The notes beneath the pieces are model-generated. The model worked only from the letters and a program-made list of their open reading frames with translations, did no database searches and was not told the DNA's origin. From Anaerolineae bacterium (GTDB lineage: Bacteria; Chloroflexota; Anaerolineae; B4-G1), in contig DAOTUC010000154.1 of the NCBI GenBank assembly GCA_034437315.1, forward strand, positions 1 through 48,275: 48,275 nt of DNA, in the 5' to 3' direction. Position numbers and translations under genes: made by a program. Of the stretch, positions 48,172 to 48,275 are shown piece by piece (position 1 is the first letter of the stretch; each line of letters opens with the position of its first letter).

Positions 48172-48275
48172 TCATCCGTCGCCCTCAAAGTGATAGAGCG
48201 ACGGAATCTGATCGAAGGCTGCCTGGAATGAATACGTTACTTTTTGATCGGTGCACTGGTGAGTTAGAGCGTCTG
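48172..48275 (-). CDS. Possible 3' end (34 codons) of a minus-strand gene that starts beyond the window. Product unknown.
   Basis: My translation of the minus strand gives ...DALTHQCTDQKVTYSFQAAFDQIPSLYHFEGDG, with the stop (tca on plus) at 48172-48174. A short hairpin follows it at about 48140-48165. Confidence 0.3.
   Translation of the reverse strand, partial: DALTHQCTDQKVTYSFQAAFDQIPSLYHFEGDG

Overview
High-GC bacterial chromosomal segment with about 37 protein genes. I saw no rRNA, tRNA, CRISPR array, transposase or integrase. The style suggests a Chloroflexota-like monoderm, but that taxonomic call is inference. It rests on a lipoprotein SBP with a long Glu/Val linker, near-consensus sigma-70 promoters with short leaders, and heptamer and nested-hairpin intergenic repeats. 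Housekeeping genes recognised with high confidence are relA/spoT, rsmD, pyrG, trmFO, deoC, trmD, a PatB/MalY lyase, an L,D-transpeptidase, an L-Ala-D/L-Glu epimerase and an Opp/Dpp-type ABC transporter. Six things stand out. (1) At 25.7-39.1 kb there is an FHA-centred Ser/Thr phospho-signalling supercluster. It holds a PQQ-propeller kinase, a PP2C phosphatase, a J-domain/vWA protein, a zinc-ribbon FHA protein, an orphan 79-aa protein, an OmpR-type regulator and a small GTPase. These lie back-to-back with an operon encoding a double-FHA protein, an FGE/SUMF1-domain protein and an MrfA/YprA-like helicase carrying an embedded HNH nuclease. (2) The ABC transporter's family-5 substrate-binding lipoprotein appears circularly permuted, and its partner permease has an extra periplasmic loop insert. 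(3) A giant SARP-ATPase-TPR regulator is fused to a cytoplasmic family-5 solute-binding domain. It is interrupted by a frameshift and carries an in-frame palindromic repeat. (4) A Mop-like fused FeS/molybdopterin oxidoreductase is preceded by an N-terminally truncated, degenerate FAD-subunit homologue. (5) A UMF1/Atg22-type MFS transporter has an inserted two-helix plus soluble-domain module. (6) A dispersed nested-hairpin (REP/MITE-like) repeat family occurs at three loci. All domain calls come from motif recognition by eye, and no searches were run.
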